Shown here: piece by piece, positions 29,815 through 41,944 of the stretch
How the letters are laid out: each line of letters opens with the position of its first letter
Numbering within the stretch: position 1 is the first letter of the stretch
Assembly: GCA_002269645.1 (NCBI GenBank)
Contig: NIVC01001081.1
Location: 124,001 to 188,000, forward strand
Reading direction: 5' to 3'
From: Macrostomum lignano
Lineage: Eukaryota
Length of the DNA stretch: 64,000 nucleotides
Translations under genes and position numbers: made by a program
The notes under the pieces: generated by a model
Databases searched by the model: none
What the model was told of the DNA's origin: nothing
The model's input: the letters and a program-made list of their open reading frames with translations, nothing else

Positions 29815-30283
29815 TCCGCAGTCCTTGGCTTTTTTGAAGGGCTCCTTGAATGCTATTCTGCTTCGTCTCTTGTGCTGCATTTTTGTATTCGCCATTTTCA
29901 AATGATGTGTTCCTGGATTGGTTCAATTCTCTTAAAAAAAATTTCTCCTTGTTTCGTTTTTTGTGAAGAAATTCTTTACGTACTACTACTATCATTTGAA
30001 TTCTGAGTAGTGCAGCGCGCGCATGTACGAATAACTAATTTTTTGTTGTAAAATTGTCAATCTATTTTAACGCAGAGATTCTGATAAGAATAGCTAGCTT
30101 TGTTTGGTGAGGCGTGAGGCCAGACTGGTCCGGTTTTTATCAAATACTTCAAGACCCAAGACTTATCGCCATGTGCATTGTGCAAGTACCTGGCACTAAT
30201 CGCAAATACACTGCAATCTGTGGTGCTGCTGGCTTTGGAATTAAGTGGATTATTTACTAAACATTTTTTCTCATTCATTGTCT

Positions 30284-31127
30284 CTAGCTGCCCGTGCAAA
30301 TGAGTCTAATTGTCCGTGCAAATGAGTCTCTAATTGCCGTGCAAATGAGTCTAATTGTCCGTGCAAATGAGTCTCTAATAGCCGTGCAAATAAGTCTAGT
30401 TGCCCGTGCAAATGAGTCTAATAGCCGTGCGAATGAGTCTAACAGCCGTGCGAATGAGTCTAATAGCCGTGCGAATGAGTCTAATAGCCGTGCGAATGAG
30501 TCTAATAGCCGTGCGAATGAGTCTAATAGCCGTGCGAATGAGTCTAATAGCCGTGCGAATGAGTCTAGTTGCCCGTGCAAATTAGTCTCTAATTGCCCGT
30601 GCAAATGAGTCTATAATTGTCTGTGCAAATGATTCTAATTGCCGTGCAATTGAGTCTAATTTCCCGTGCAAATGAGTCTAATTGTCTGTGCAATTGAGTC
30701 TAATTTCCCGTGCAAATGAGTCTAATTGTCTGTGCAATTGAGCCTAATTTTCCGTGCAAATGAGTCTAATTGTCTGTGCAAATGAGTCTCTAATAGCCGT
30801 GCAAATGAGTCTAGTTGCCCGTGCAAATGAGTCTCTAATAGCCGTGCAAATGAGTCTAGTTGCCCGTGCAAATGAGTTGCTAATTGCCCATGCAAATGAG
30901 TCTCTAATTGCCGTGCAAATGAGTCGCTAATTGCCCGTGCAAATGAGTCTCTAATTGCTCGTGCAAATGAGTTTCTAATTGCCGTGCAAATGAGTCTAAT
31001 TGCCGTGCAAATGAGTCTAGTTGCCCGTGAAAATGAATCGCTAATTGCCCGTGCAAATGAGTCCAATTGCTCTCTAATTTCCCATGAAAATCAGTCTAAT
31101 CGTCGATATCTAATAGCCGTGCAAATC
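30284..31127 (+). repeat. 21-24-bp minisatellite (gccgtgcaaatgagtctaata) between DIMT1 and COG2
   Basis: Seen directly; ends ~18 nt before the COG2 ATG. Confidence 0.95.
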
Positions 31128-31144
31128 TGTCCCGTGTCTACTGC

Positions 31145-34100
31145 ATGGCCTCTTCAACAGCAGCAAGTTCGCCAAAGTCTCCCGCGGCCACCGCGGACTC
31201 CGCAGCGACGTCTCCGGGCGGCGGCGGCGGCAAGCAGCAGCAGCAGCGGCAGTTTCTGTTCGACACGGCCGGCGACTCGCTGGCTGCGGACCCCCAGTCG
31301 GCTGCGCGCGGCCAGAGCTTCGTGTTCGATCCGGCGGTTTTCTACCGGCCTGACTTCGACCTCGACGCCTTCATTCTCGAGCACAAGCGCCGGGCGCCGC
31401 TCGAGAAGCTGCGCGACGATCTGGTGGCTTACCATCGGGTGCTCACGAACTCGCTGATCGAGCTCATCAATCAGGACTATGCGGACTTTGTCAGCTTGTC
31501 CACCAACCTGGCTGGCCTGGACAAGGCGCTCAGCGCCATCCATGCGCCTGTCATGCAGCTGAGAGAGCAGGTCAGTGGGGGTCTCGGGTTCGATTCTGCA
31601 CGTTTTTGGAATTTTCTGAGTGAATAACTGACTGACTGACTGACTGACTGACTGACTGACTGACTGACTGACTGACTGACTGACTGACTGACTGACTGAC
31701 TGACTGACTGACTGATTTATAGACTACCTAACAAGCTTTACTCTGTGCACTGCGCCAAGTAGATTTACAAAGTGAAATAAGGCACTGAGACAGCAATAAG
31801 TGTAGCCAAGTACTCGGCTAGTTTTTCCATTTCAGTAGGTGCTTAAAATTGCGTATGAGATATTTTTAATAATATCGTTATTTTTTAGCATGCGCTTTAT
31901 CTATTGTCGTGTGGTACAGAAGGGCCTGTGTTTATTCATCAGCATCCAAGATTCTGGCTGCAGCTGCAGGCTCTGTGCTCTGTCGAGCAAGACTCAGAAT
32001 TTTTTAGGTCCAAGGGTCCTGAGCTTTTAATTCGCATGATAAACTATTCATGCCATTTTTCTGTTTAGTTAAACTTACTGCCTTATCACTGACTGCAGCT
32101 CTCATGATGCCAGCTCACTCACTGACTGCAGATCTCATGATGCCAGCTCACTCACTGACTGCAGATCTCATGATGCCAGCTCACTCACTGACTGCAGATC
32201 TCATGATGCCAGCTCACTCACTGACTGCAGATCTCATGATGCCAGCTCACTCACTGACTGCAGATCTCATGATACCAGCTCACTCACTGACTGCAGATCT
32301 CATGATACCAGCTCACTCACTGACTGCAGATCTCATGATGCCAGCTCACTCACTGACTGCAGATCTCATGATGCCAGCTCACTCACTGACTGCAGATCTC
32401 ATGATACCAGCTCACTCACTGACTGCAGATCTCATGATACCAGCTCACTCACTGACTGCAGATCTCATGATACCAGCTCACTCACTGCAGATCTCATGAT
32501 GCCAGCTCACTCACTGACTGCAGATCTCATGATACCAGCTCACTCAAAGGCTGTCGTGATACCAACTCAGACTCAACTAGTGCAGTAAAACTTTTGGCTC
32601 ATCTTTCTGTTCTCGCGCAAAGCTTCTCTTTCCATCTTCTGTTGTATTCAAATTCATTGAAGCACTACTCGTGGGGTCCAAAAGCACAGCGTTTTGAGCA
32701 GCTTTATGCCTGTCAGAGCAAACTTTTATTATTTGATTAATATGCATCCTAATGAGTCCGTGCGAATAGCCTGAGGACACGCCTAAGCGAGCTCACGCGC
32801 TTTTTCTAAGAATACTTTTAGTTCGCAAACTAATGCTGGAAAGCTTAATGCTCAAACCTTTTTGCACTTCTCAGGCACTTTACACTTGCAGTTCCAGTTC
32901 TCAGGCAGACACATCCAGTTCTCCAGGCAGACACATCCAGTTCTCCAGGCAGACACATCCAGTTCTCAGGCAGACACACCAGTTCTCCAGGCAGACACAT
33001 CCAGTTCTCAGGCAGACACATCCAGTTCTCAGGCAGACACATCCAGTTCTCAGGCAGACACATCCAGTTCTCAGGCAGACACATCCAGTTCTCAGGCAGA
33101 CACATCCAGTTCTCAGGCAGACACATCCAGTTCTCAGGCAGACACATCCAGTTCTCAGGCAGACACATCCAGTTCTCAGGCAGACACATCCAGTTCTCAG
33201 GCAGACACATCCAGTTCTCAGGCAGACACATCCAGTTCTCAGGCAGACACATCCAGTTCTCAGGCAGACACATCCAGTTCTCAGGCAGACACATCCGGTT
33301 CTCAACTCCCACCAATCCCACACTCCCATTCTCCCCAAGGTGACGGAAATCCTCGCCCAGATCGATGACGCGCTGGCTGACGCAGGCGAGCAGCTGAGGA
33401 GCCGCTCCCAGGCTGCCCAGAAAGAGGCGGCCCAGCGAGCGGTTGCCGCCTGCCTCGGCCTCGTGGCCAAGCTGGAGCTCTGGCTGGGCGAGGCGCCGTC
33501 CGCGGCCTCCAGCCCGCCCGGCCAGCAGCTGCCCGTCAGCCTGGAGCGCTGCGGCCGCGCCTACGCCCGCCTCAGCCATCTGTGCGCGCGATGGCGCGGT
33601 TCCAACCAGACCATCGACGGGCTCCGGCCGCGCGCCAGCCGCCTCGGCGAGCTGCTCGAACGTCGTCTGGCCGACGCGTTGACTAACGCGTTGCTAAGCA
33701 ACGATAAGCCGGCCATTCGGGTGGCGTTGACGGCCTTCGCCGGGCTGGGCCGGCCGGACCAGGCGCTGGAGATCTACAGGGAGCTGACCGTGCGGCGCTT
33801 CCTGCGCTCCGTGCTCGTGCAGGTTGGAGTTTTAGCTGACCCAGCATGACCCAAGCTGACCCAGCATGATCCAAGCTGGCCCAGCATGACCCAAGCTGAC
33901 CCGGCGTGTCCCAGAAATGCCCAAGCTAACCCAGCATGACCCAAGCTGACCCAGCATGACCCAAGCTGGCCCAGCAAGACCCAAGCTGACCCGGCGTGTC
34001 CCAGAAATGCCCAAGCTGCCCAGCATGACCCAAGCTGACCCGGCGTGTCCCAGAAATGCCCAAGCTGCCCAGCATGACCCAAGCTGACCCGGCGTGTCCC

Positions 34101-37100
34101 AGAAATGCCCAAGCTGGCCCAGCATGACCCAAGCTGACCCGGCGTGTCCCAGAAATGCCCAAGCTGGCCCAGCATGACCCAGCAATGCCTAAGTTGACCC
34201 AGCAAGACCCACGCTGACCCAGTGTGACTCCAGCATGACCCAAGCTGACCCACGTGACCCAAAACACCCTCGCCCTGCAGGACACGCTCCAGCAGCAGCA
34301 GCAGCTGTCGGCCGCCTTCGCCTCCGTGCTGGACTTCGCCCGCGAGCAGCGCGACGCCTGGGCCAGCCTGCTGGACCCCGCCGGTCTGACGCGCCACTTC
34401 GACTTCCTTGGCGGCGCCGTGTTCCCCGAGCTCGCCCGTCACCTGATCGACGAGCTGCCAATGCTGTTCAACCCGGGCAACCCGGACCGCTTTCACCAGC
34501 GCTACAGCCTTACCGTGCTGGAGTTCTTGCCGCAGTTCCAGGCCCTGCTGCCCCGCCTCAGCAGCCTGCCAGCCTACTGGGAGCTCAAGAGAAAGTTCAA
34601 CCTGGCCGTGTACTTCCAGATCCGCCTGCACGAGGTGAGACCCGTCTGCTAGTGGCGGGGCTTCCGGCTTGGTCCGCTCTCTACCTTGTCTGCCTCTGTG
34701 TGCTCTACCCTCTTCATCCACCCTCTACCCCCTTACCCGCCCTGTATCCTTCTCAATGTGCCCTCTAACCTCCTCCACCCGCCCTCTACTATGTATACCC
34801 TCTCTCTATCCGCCCTCTGCCCTCTACCCTCCTCCATCTGCTGAATACCCTCCATCTGCTGTCTACCCTCCTCCATTTGCTGTCTACCCTCCTCCATCTG
34901 CTGACTACCCTCCATCTGCTGACTACCCTCCATCTGCTGTCTACCCTCCTCCATCTGCTGTCTACCCTCCTCCGTCTGCTGTCTACCCTCCTCCATCTGC
35001 TGTCTACCCTCCTCCATCTGCTGACTACCCTCCTCCATCTGCTGTCTACCCTCCTCCATTTGCTGACTACCCTCCTCCATCTGCTGTCTACCCTCCTCCA
35101 TTTGCTGTCTACCCTCCTCCATCTGCTGTCTACCCTCCTCCATCTGCTGACTACTCTCCTCCATCTGCTGTCTACCCTCCTCCATCTGCTTTCTACCCTC
35201 CGCTATCCGCCCTGCACAGTTATATCCACCCTCTAACTTCCTTTCATCATGTTCCGAACAAGTCTCTCTATTGCAAAACCCTTCACCCGCCCCCACCTTT
35301 TAATTGCATTAGAATTCTACACTTGGCAGTAAAAACAGCTTAATCATGCTTACCTCTCCGTTTTGCTTAGTAATGCTTTTCATGAACCCCTATAGCTGTA
35401 CATTGCAAGCGTAGAACTTCGTCAAGATTATATTTACTTCACTTTATTGCTGTTTTTATTGCGCACATTTTTATCAGCCAAATCTGTTTTCTAAAAATAA
35501 CATTGAAGTTAGTTAAAACTTTTGCTGTCTTTCGCGGCCTTGCTCTTTATCTTTTCATGTCAGTAAACTTGATTTAGTCTATGTAAATCCAGATCATTTG
35601 CTTGTTCTTTATTGGACCCAAGCTTAATCTGTGAACTTTTAATATTAACAGGTAGATTACGGAGAATGAGCTGCAGTTAATTCAATTAATTTCTGCTTGC
35701 AAAATTCTCGACAATGACGATTGTGGGTCAAAAAGCTCTTATGATACTTATGAACTCATTTACATGTTAGCATTGGCAAACTGGAGTCTGAGATCTTGGG
35801 CCCAGCAACTGAAGATCTGGGAGGCTGGCCCAGCAACTGAGGATCCAGGAGGCTGGCCCAGAAACTGAGGATCCAGGATGCTGGCCCAGAAACTGAGGAT
35901 CCAGGATGCTGGCCCAGCAACTGAGGATCTCAGAGGCTGGCCCAGCAACTGAGGATCCAGGATGCTGGCCCAGAAACTGAGGATCTCAGAAGCTGGCCCA
36001 GAAACTGAGGATCTCAGAAGCTGGCCCAGAAACTGAGGATCTCAGAAGCTGGCCCAGAAACTGAGGATCCAGGATGCTGGCCCAGAAACTGAGGATCTCG
36101 GAGGCTGGCCCAGAAACTGAGGATCCAGGATGCTGGCCCAGCAACTGAGGATCTCGGAGGCTGGCCCAGCAACTGAGGATCTGGGAGGCTGGCCCAGCAA
36201 CTGAGGATCTGGGAGGCTGGCCCAGCAACTGAGGATCCAGGATGCTGGCCCAGCAACTGAGGATCTTGGAGGCTGGCCCAGCAACTGAGAATCTGGGATT
36301 GTTGGATAAAGGATAAATTGATATTAGGTGCAAACTCTGTGATGCAGCTTCATCAATAACAACCCTGACCTGGCCATCCCCGTCAATCTCCTTCGCCATC
36401 CCCCAGGTGACCAGCAGCCTGGACCAGGAGCTGTCCGCCTGCGGCCTGTCCCCGGCCCCTCCCGGCGGCTCCGCCTGCCGCCTCAAAGCGACCTCTGCCG
36501 CCCTCGCCGCCCTGTCGCGGGTCTGGTGCCCGGAGGTGCACCTGCCGGCGCTGACTGGCAGATTTTGGAAGCTGACGCTGCTCATCATCTGCCGGTGCGG
36601 CGCGCATTTTGAAGGCCTGGCGGCCGACATCGGCACAGGGGAGGAGGGCGTCAGGCGGGCGCTGCTGCTGGCCGCGGACCTGGCCGCCGCCAAGGCCGAA
36701 ATTCTGCGCCTGTTCAGCGACTCTGTGCAGCCAAAGTTTGCCGACCTGCCTCTGGCTGATGCCGACGATGCTGATGAGGCTGGGGATGCTGGAAGCAAAT
36801 CGGCTGAGCGTGACCAGCTGTTCCTGACTGCCCTGACTGACTGTCTGGCGCGGTGGGACGCCATCTGCGGCCTGCTGGACGAGCAGGTCTGCGCCTCGCT
36901 GGTGGCGCGTTCGCTGGAAGCCATCGGCCGGCTGAACGAAGTGCCGAGAGCGTACCGGAAGACCAACAGGGAGCTGCCGACGCAGCCGTCTCCCTACGCG
37001 CTGAATATGGTGGGTATGGATTGCTAATCTAGTCTTGGATTGCTAATCTAGTCTGTGGGTTGCTAATCTAGTCTGTAGATTGCTAATCTAGTCTGTGGGT

Positions 37101-39529
37101 TGCTAATCTAGTCTGTGGGTTGCTAATCTAGTCTGTGGGTTGCTCATATAGTCTGTGGATTGCTAATCTAGTCTGTGGGTTGCTAATCTAGTCTGTGGGT
37201 TGCTAATCTAGTCTGTGGGTTGCTAATCTAGTCTTGGATTGCTAATCTAGTCTGTGGATTGCTAATCTAGTCTGTGGATTGCTAATCTAGTCTGTGGGTT
37301 GCTAATCTAGTCTGTGGGTTGCTTATCTAGTCTGTGGATTGCTAATCTAGTCTGTGGGTTGCTAATCTAGTCTGTGGATTGCTAATCTAGTCTGTGGATT
37401 GCTAATCTTGTCTGTGTGTTGCTCATATAGTCTGGATTGCTAATCTAGTCTGTGGATTGCTAATCTAGCCTATGGATTGCTAATCTAGTCTGTGGATTGC
37501 AAATCTAGTCTGTGGATTGCTAATCTAGTCTGTGGGTTGCTAATCTAGTCTGTGGATTGCTAATCTAGTCTGTGGATTGCTAATCTTGTCTGTGTGTTGC
37601 TCATATAGTCTGGATTGCTAATCTAGTCTGTGGATTGCTAATCTAGCCTATGGATTGCTAATCTAGTCTGTGGATTGCTAATCTAGTCTGTGGATTGCTA
37701 ATCTAGTCTGTGGGTTGCTAATCTAGTCTGTGGGTTGCTAATCTTGTCTGTGTGTTGCTCATATAGTCTGGATTGCTAATCTAGTCTGTGGATTGCTAAT
37801 CTAGCCTATGGATTGCTAATCTAGTCTGTGGATTGCTAATCTAGTCTGTGGATTGCTAATTTAGTCTGTGGATTGCTAATCTAGCCTATGTGTTTCTAAT
37901 CGTTGGCTATGGGAATGCTAATTTGTATAGACCTCATAGGTTACTAATCCAATCAATGATTTATTTATCTAAGCCCTTTCGATTGACTGCAATGCAACAC
38001 TGAGCTTATATGCTGCAATGACGTCCGTGGTGGCTAAAAATAGATTGCCAATAGGTTCCATGGCTGTAAAATATCTATAAAATAGATTTACTAAGCAGTA
38101 CCTTCGGTTTTGCATTTCCTAGAAATGCAGGAGTTCCCCGTGCTGTCTGTTGGTACTCATTTTCAGTACTGAGCGCAATAGCGAGTATCTGGTACCTCGT
38201 AATATTTGCTTGCTTTCTGAATCACTAACTGATCGCTGGCAATGTACATTGCTTCACTGCTCGATAAAAATTATATTTTAAAAATGGTATTACGCTCGAA
38301 GTTAAATTTATTTATCTTTAACTGAAAGTAAACCGATTTTTCTTGTTTAAGTTGTTAGATTGGAGGTCACTTGACCCCTGTAACGAACACCTGTAGCCTT
38401 CATGGTCACCTGACCCCATCCCAAACAGCTCTGGAGGTCACCTGATTCCATCCCAAACACCAGTCCTGGAGGTCACCTGACCCCGTCGCAAACTCCAGCC
38501 CTAGAGGTCACCTGACCCCTGTTCGAAACACCAGTCCTGGAGGTCACCTGACCCCAGTCCCGAAAACGAGCCCTAGAGGTCACCTGACCCCTGGCCCAAA
38601 AACCAGCCCTAGAGAGGTCACCTGACCCCTGGCCCAAAAACCAGCCCTAGAGAGGTCACCTGACCTCTGGCTTAAAAACCTGCCCTAGAGGTCACCTGAC
38701 CCCTGGCCCAAACACCAGCCCTGGAGGTCACCTGACCCCTGGCCCAAACACCAGCCCTGGAGGTCACCTGACCCCTGGCCCAAACACCAGCCCTGGAGGT
38801 CACCTGACCCCTGGCCCAAACACCAGCCCTGGAGGTCACCTGACCCCTGGCCCAAACACCAGCCCTGGAGGTCACCTGACCCCTGGCCCAAACACCAGCC
38901 CTGGAGGTCACCTGACCCCTGGCCCAAACACCAGCCCTGGAGGTCACCTGACCCCTGGCCCAAACACCAGCCCTGGAGGTCACCTGACCCCTGGCCCAAA
39001 CACCAGCCCTGGAGGTCACCTGACCCCTGGCCCAAACACCAGCCCTGGAGGTCACCTGACCCCTGGCCCAAACACCAGCCCTGGAGGTCACCTGACCCCG
39101 TCGCAAACATCTTCCCCTCAGGTGCAGCCAGTGTCGGAATTCCTGTCTGCCAACGCGGAGTCTGTTGCCAAGGCGAAGTTGGCCGCCTGGGTGACCGCCT
39201 GGTCCCGTGAGGTGCTGCCCCGCTACCAGGCCGGCCTGGCCGACCTGCTGGACTCCGTCAGGCGGATGGAGGACAGCCTCCGCCAGCTGGCAAGAGCCAA
39301 AGGCGCTGGCGTCGCCGGCGGCAAGGCCTCGGCAGCCAGCGACGATGATAAAATTCGCGAGCAGCTGCACATTGACGCTCAGTTTGTTGCCGGGCAGTGC
39401 GGCCAGTGGCTGGCTGGAGTGGAAGCTGAACCCGAAGCAGAGCTGCGACAGTCCATGGAGGCGCTGACCCAACTGACTGGGGAGGCCCGGTCTGCGGCTT
39501 CCAGGTCTGCTTCCGCTGATGTGCGATGA
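31145..39529 (+). CDS. COG2: Conserved oligomeric Golgi complex subunit 2, 757 aa; exons 31145-31570, 33340-33822, 34281-34634, 36407-37009, 39122-39529
   Basis: FDLDAFILEHKRRAPLEKLRDDLVAYHRVLTNSLIELINQDYADFVSLSTNLAGLDKAL (COG2 N-terminus), LFNPGNPDRFHQRY, KFNLAVYFQIR, EVPRAYRKTNRELPTQPSPY, VRRMEDSLRQL, SDDDKIREQL. Four GT-AG phase-0 introns give 2274 nt. Confidence 0.92.
31627..31715 (+). repeat. (ACTG)n microsatellite, ~22 copies, COG2 intron 1
   Basis: Seen directly. Confidence 0.97.
32086..32545 (+). repeat. 33-bp minisatellite (ctgcagatctcatgatgccagctcactcactga), ~13 copies
   Basis: Seen directly; produces the AHSLTADLMMP pseudo-ORF. Confidence 0.95.
32890..33302 (+). repeat. 21-bp minisatellite (cacatccagttctcaggcaga), ~19 copies, 3' end of COG2 intron 1
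   Basis: Seen directly. Confidence 0.95.
33835..34262 (+). repeat. 10/20-bp-based minisatellite (gacccagcat gacccaagct) with ~50-bp higher-order unit, filling COG2 intron 2
   Basis: Seen directly; runs from ~12 nt after the donor to ~18 nt before the acceptor. Confidence 0.92.
34800..35200 (+). repeat. 21/18-bp minisatellite (ctaccctcctccatctgctgt), COG2 intron 3
   Basis: Seen directly. Confidence 0.93.
35788..36297 (+). repeat. 28-29-bp minisatellite (gctggcccagcaactgaggatccaggat), COG2 intron 3
   Basis: Seen directly. Confidence 0.93.
37018..37890 (+). repeat. 20-bp minisatellite (ggattgctaatctagtctgt) starting 8 nt after the exon-4 donor
   Basis: Seen directly; recurrent variant blocks (gtgttgctcatatagtctgg, ctagcctat). 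Confidence 0.95.
38362..39108 (+). repeat. 36-bp minisatellite (ggaggtcacctgacccctggcccaaacaccagccct) ending ~13 nt before the exon-5 acceptor
   Basis: Seen directly; homogeneous centre, diverged 5' edge. Confidence 0.95.
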
Positions 39530-39606
39530 TTGTGATCTGTGCGGCTTCAGAGAGCTGATTATATATTCAGCCTTACAAATAAATACTGCCTTTAAATAAC
39601 GCTAAA

Positions 39607-40826
39607 ATCGTCTGTAAACAGCCCCCAGATTCGTCTTTAAACAGCCCTGAGATTCGTCTGTAAACAGCCCTGAGATTCGTCTGTAAACAGCCCTGAGATT
39701 CGTCTTTAAACAGCCCTGAGATTTGTCTTTAAACAGCCCTGAAATTCGTCTGTAAACAGCCCTGAGATTCGTCTGTAAACAGCCCTGAGATTCGTCTTTA
39801 AACAGCCCTGAGATTCGTCTTTAAACAGCCCTGAGATTCGTCTGTAAACAGCCCTGAGATTCGTCTTTAAACAGCCCTGAGATTCGTCTGTAAACAGCCC
39901 TGAGATTCGTCTTTAAACAGCCCTGAGATTCGTCTTTAAACAGCCCTGAAATTCGTCTGTAAACAGCCCTGAGATTCGTCTGTAAACAGCCCTGAGATTC
40001 GTCTTTAAACAGCCCTGAGATTCGTCTTTAAACAGCCCTGAAATTCGTCTGCAAACAGCCCTGAGATTCGTCTTTAAACAGCCCTGAGATTCGTCTGCGA
40101 ACATCTCTTAAAATCTTCTGTAAACAGCCCTGAGATTCGTCTTTAAACAGCCCTGAGATTCGTCTGTGAACAGCTCTTAAAATCTTCTGTAAACAGCCCT
40201 GAGATTCGTCTGTAAACAGCCCTGAGATTCGTCTTTAAACAGCCCTGAGATTCGTCTTTAAACAGCCCTGAAATTCGTCTGCAAACAGCCCTGAGATTCG
40301 TCTTTAAACAGCCCTGAGATTCGTCTGTGAACATCTCTTAAAATCTTCTGTAAACAGCCCTGAGATTCGTCTTTAAACAGCCCTGAGATTCGTCTGTGAA
40401 CAGCTCTTAAAATCTTCTGTAAACAGCCCTGAGATTCGTCTTTAAACAGCCCTGAGATTCGTCTTTAAACCGCCCTGAGATTCGTCTTTAAACAGCCCTG
40501 AGATTCGTCTGTAAACAGCCCTGGGATTCGTCTTTAAACAGCCCTGAGATTCGTCTTTAAACAGCCCTGAGATTCGTCTTAAACAGCCCTGAGATTCGTC
40601 TGTAAACAGCCCTGAGATTCGTCTTTAAACAGCAATAAGATTCGTCTCTAAACAGCCCTGAGATTCGTCTTTAAACAGCCCTGAGATTCGTCTTAAACAG
40701 CCCTGAGATTCGTCTGTAAACAGCCCTGGGATTCGTCTTTAAACAGCAATAAGATTCGTCTCTAAACAGCCCTGAGATTCGTCTTTAAACAGCCCTGAGA
40801 TTCGTCTGTAAACAGCCCTGAGATTT
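39607..40826 (+). repeat. 23-bp minisatellite (aaacagccctgagattcgtctt/gt) immediately 3' of COG2
   Basis: Seen directly (taaacag at 39661 and 39684). Confidence 0.96.
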
Positions 40827-41836
40827 GCCTTGTTCCATATTGAATCAATGGTGTTGGTGAGTTTATTCCATAGCATTGTACGAGTATTCCTTAGTATTTC
40901 TTAGCTGGCTGCCAGTATGCATATGTCGCACATATGCAAAATAAAAGTTCCACGTGCTTAATTTTATAGTTCCTTATTCAACGGAACTGTTGGTTTCTGC
41001 CCGACAGAAAGGGTTACACGTCTGTGACTGTGCCTTCAACTTATGCATAAATTTTGTTTAAATGAATAATCTAGCTGTGTTGCTAAGCCTCCGTATGATT
41101 CATTGCAACTGCTAGTTGTTAAATTTGCTGTTCAAACACATTCTGTTAATATAAAGATATGTAACTAAGCAGCAGTGCATTGCGGAGAGTTCTTGTCAGA
41201 TAACCGTGGCTTTGGCAATTTTTAATAATTTTTTTCGAGTCCATTTTAAACCCTGTAGGCATAATAAAATCTTATTACTTCGTGATTTCCTATCAGGATT
41301 TCTATTAGTTTCCTTTCCGATATTAAATGGAGACAGTTTAACGCAAGGAGGCCCACTAGAGTTCTGTAGTTATAACTGGAGTTTCCTTGATAAATTTTGA
41401 GCTTATCGACTTATCTGTCATGAATTTTTTGTTCCTTGTTGAGTCTTTATGAGCTAGTGTGAAAAATATTGAGCGGGGAAGTACCTTCTCTGTTGCAGTG
41501 GTGTTTATTTTGACATTGTACAGTGAGGCAGAGGCTAGCATAGATAAAGGCACATCTATTTAACTCGTTTGTGTACGGCTTTCCCACGGCAATTCCGGTT
41601 GTTCTTACTGTACAGCTAAGCTCTTTCTTGCCGGACTCCTGCAATCTAAAAATAGATCCACTGGCAGCAGTATTGATTCCCTTAGCTTAGTTTTAATCCT
41701 GTTATACGAGTATGTAATTTCAATATCTGTTATTTTCTTTAAATACTTGAAGTATCAGAAGATGCTGTGCTGTGAACTCGCTGTATCTTACATGGCGTGT
41801 AAATTTCTTTTCAGTTAACAAAAGTACACTTCGAGC

Positions 41837-41844
41837 TATAAAAA
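41837..41844 (+). promoter_or_regulatory. TATA box of TRAF-A; same TATAAAAAGCCG 12-mer precedes copies B (48013) and C (54829)
   Basis: TATAAAAAGCCG conserved among otherwise dissimilar 5' flanks, 75-108 nt upstream of the ATG. Confidence 0.6.
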
Positions 41845-41944
41845 GCCGTTCATGGTCTGCCTGGAATATTACACGGTAGTACCTTGTATGGCGGAGTTAT
41901 AGAGAAGCGGTGGCCGTCTCGGTGCTGTTTCTCTCTTTAGAATT

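Noticed and set aside
38130-38139. Perfect kappaB 10-mers at 38130 and 49298
   Set aside because: In a COG2 intron and a repeat; treated as background matches.
41876-41944. Spliced-leader trans-splice acceptor just before the TRAF-A ATG (and AGs before other ATGs)
   Set aside because: A TATA box and a possible donor at 41876 explain it as a 65-nt 5' UTR cis intron; AG dinucleotides near ATGs are common by chance.
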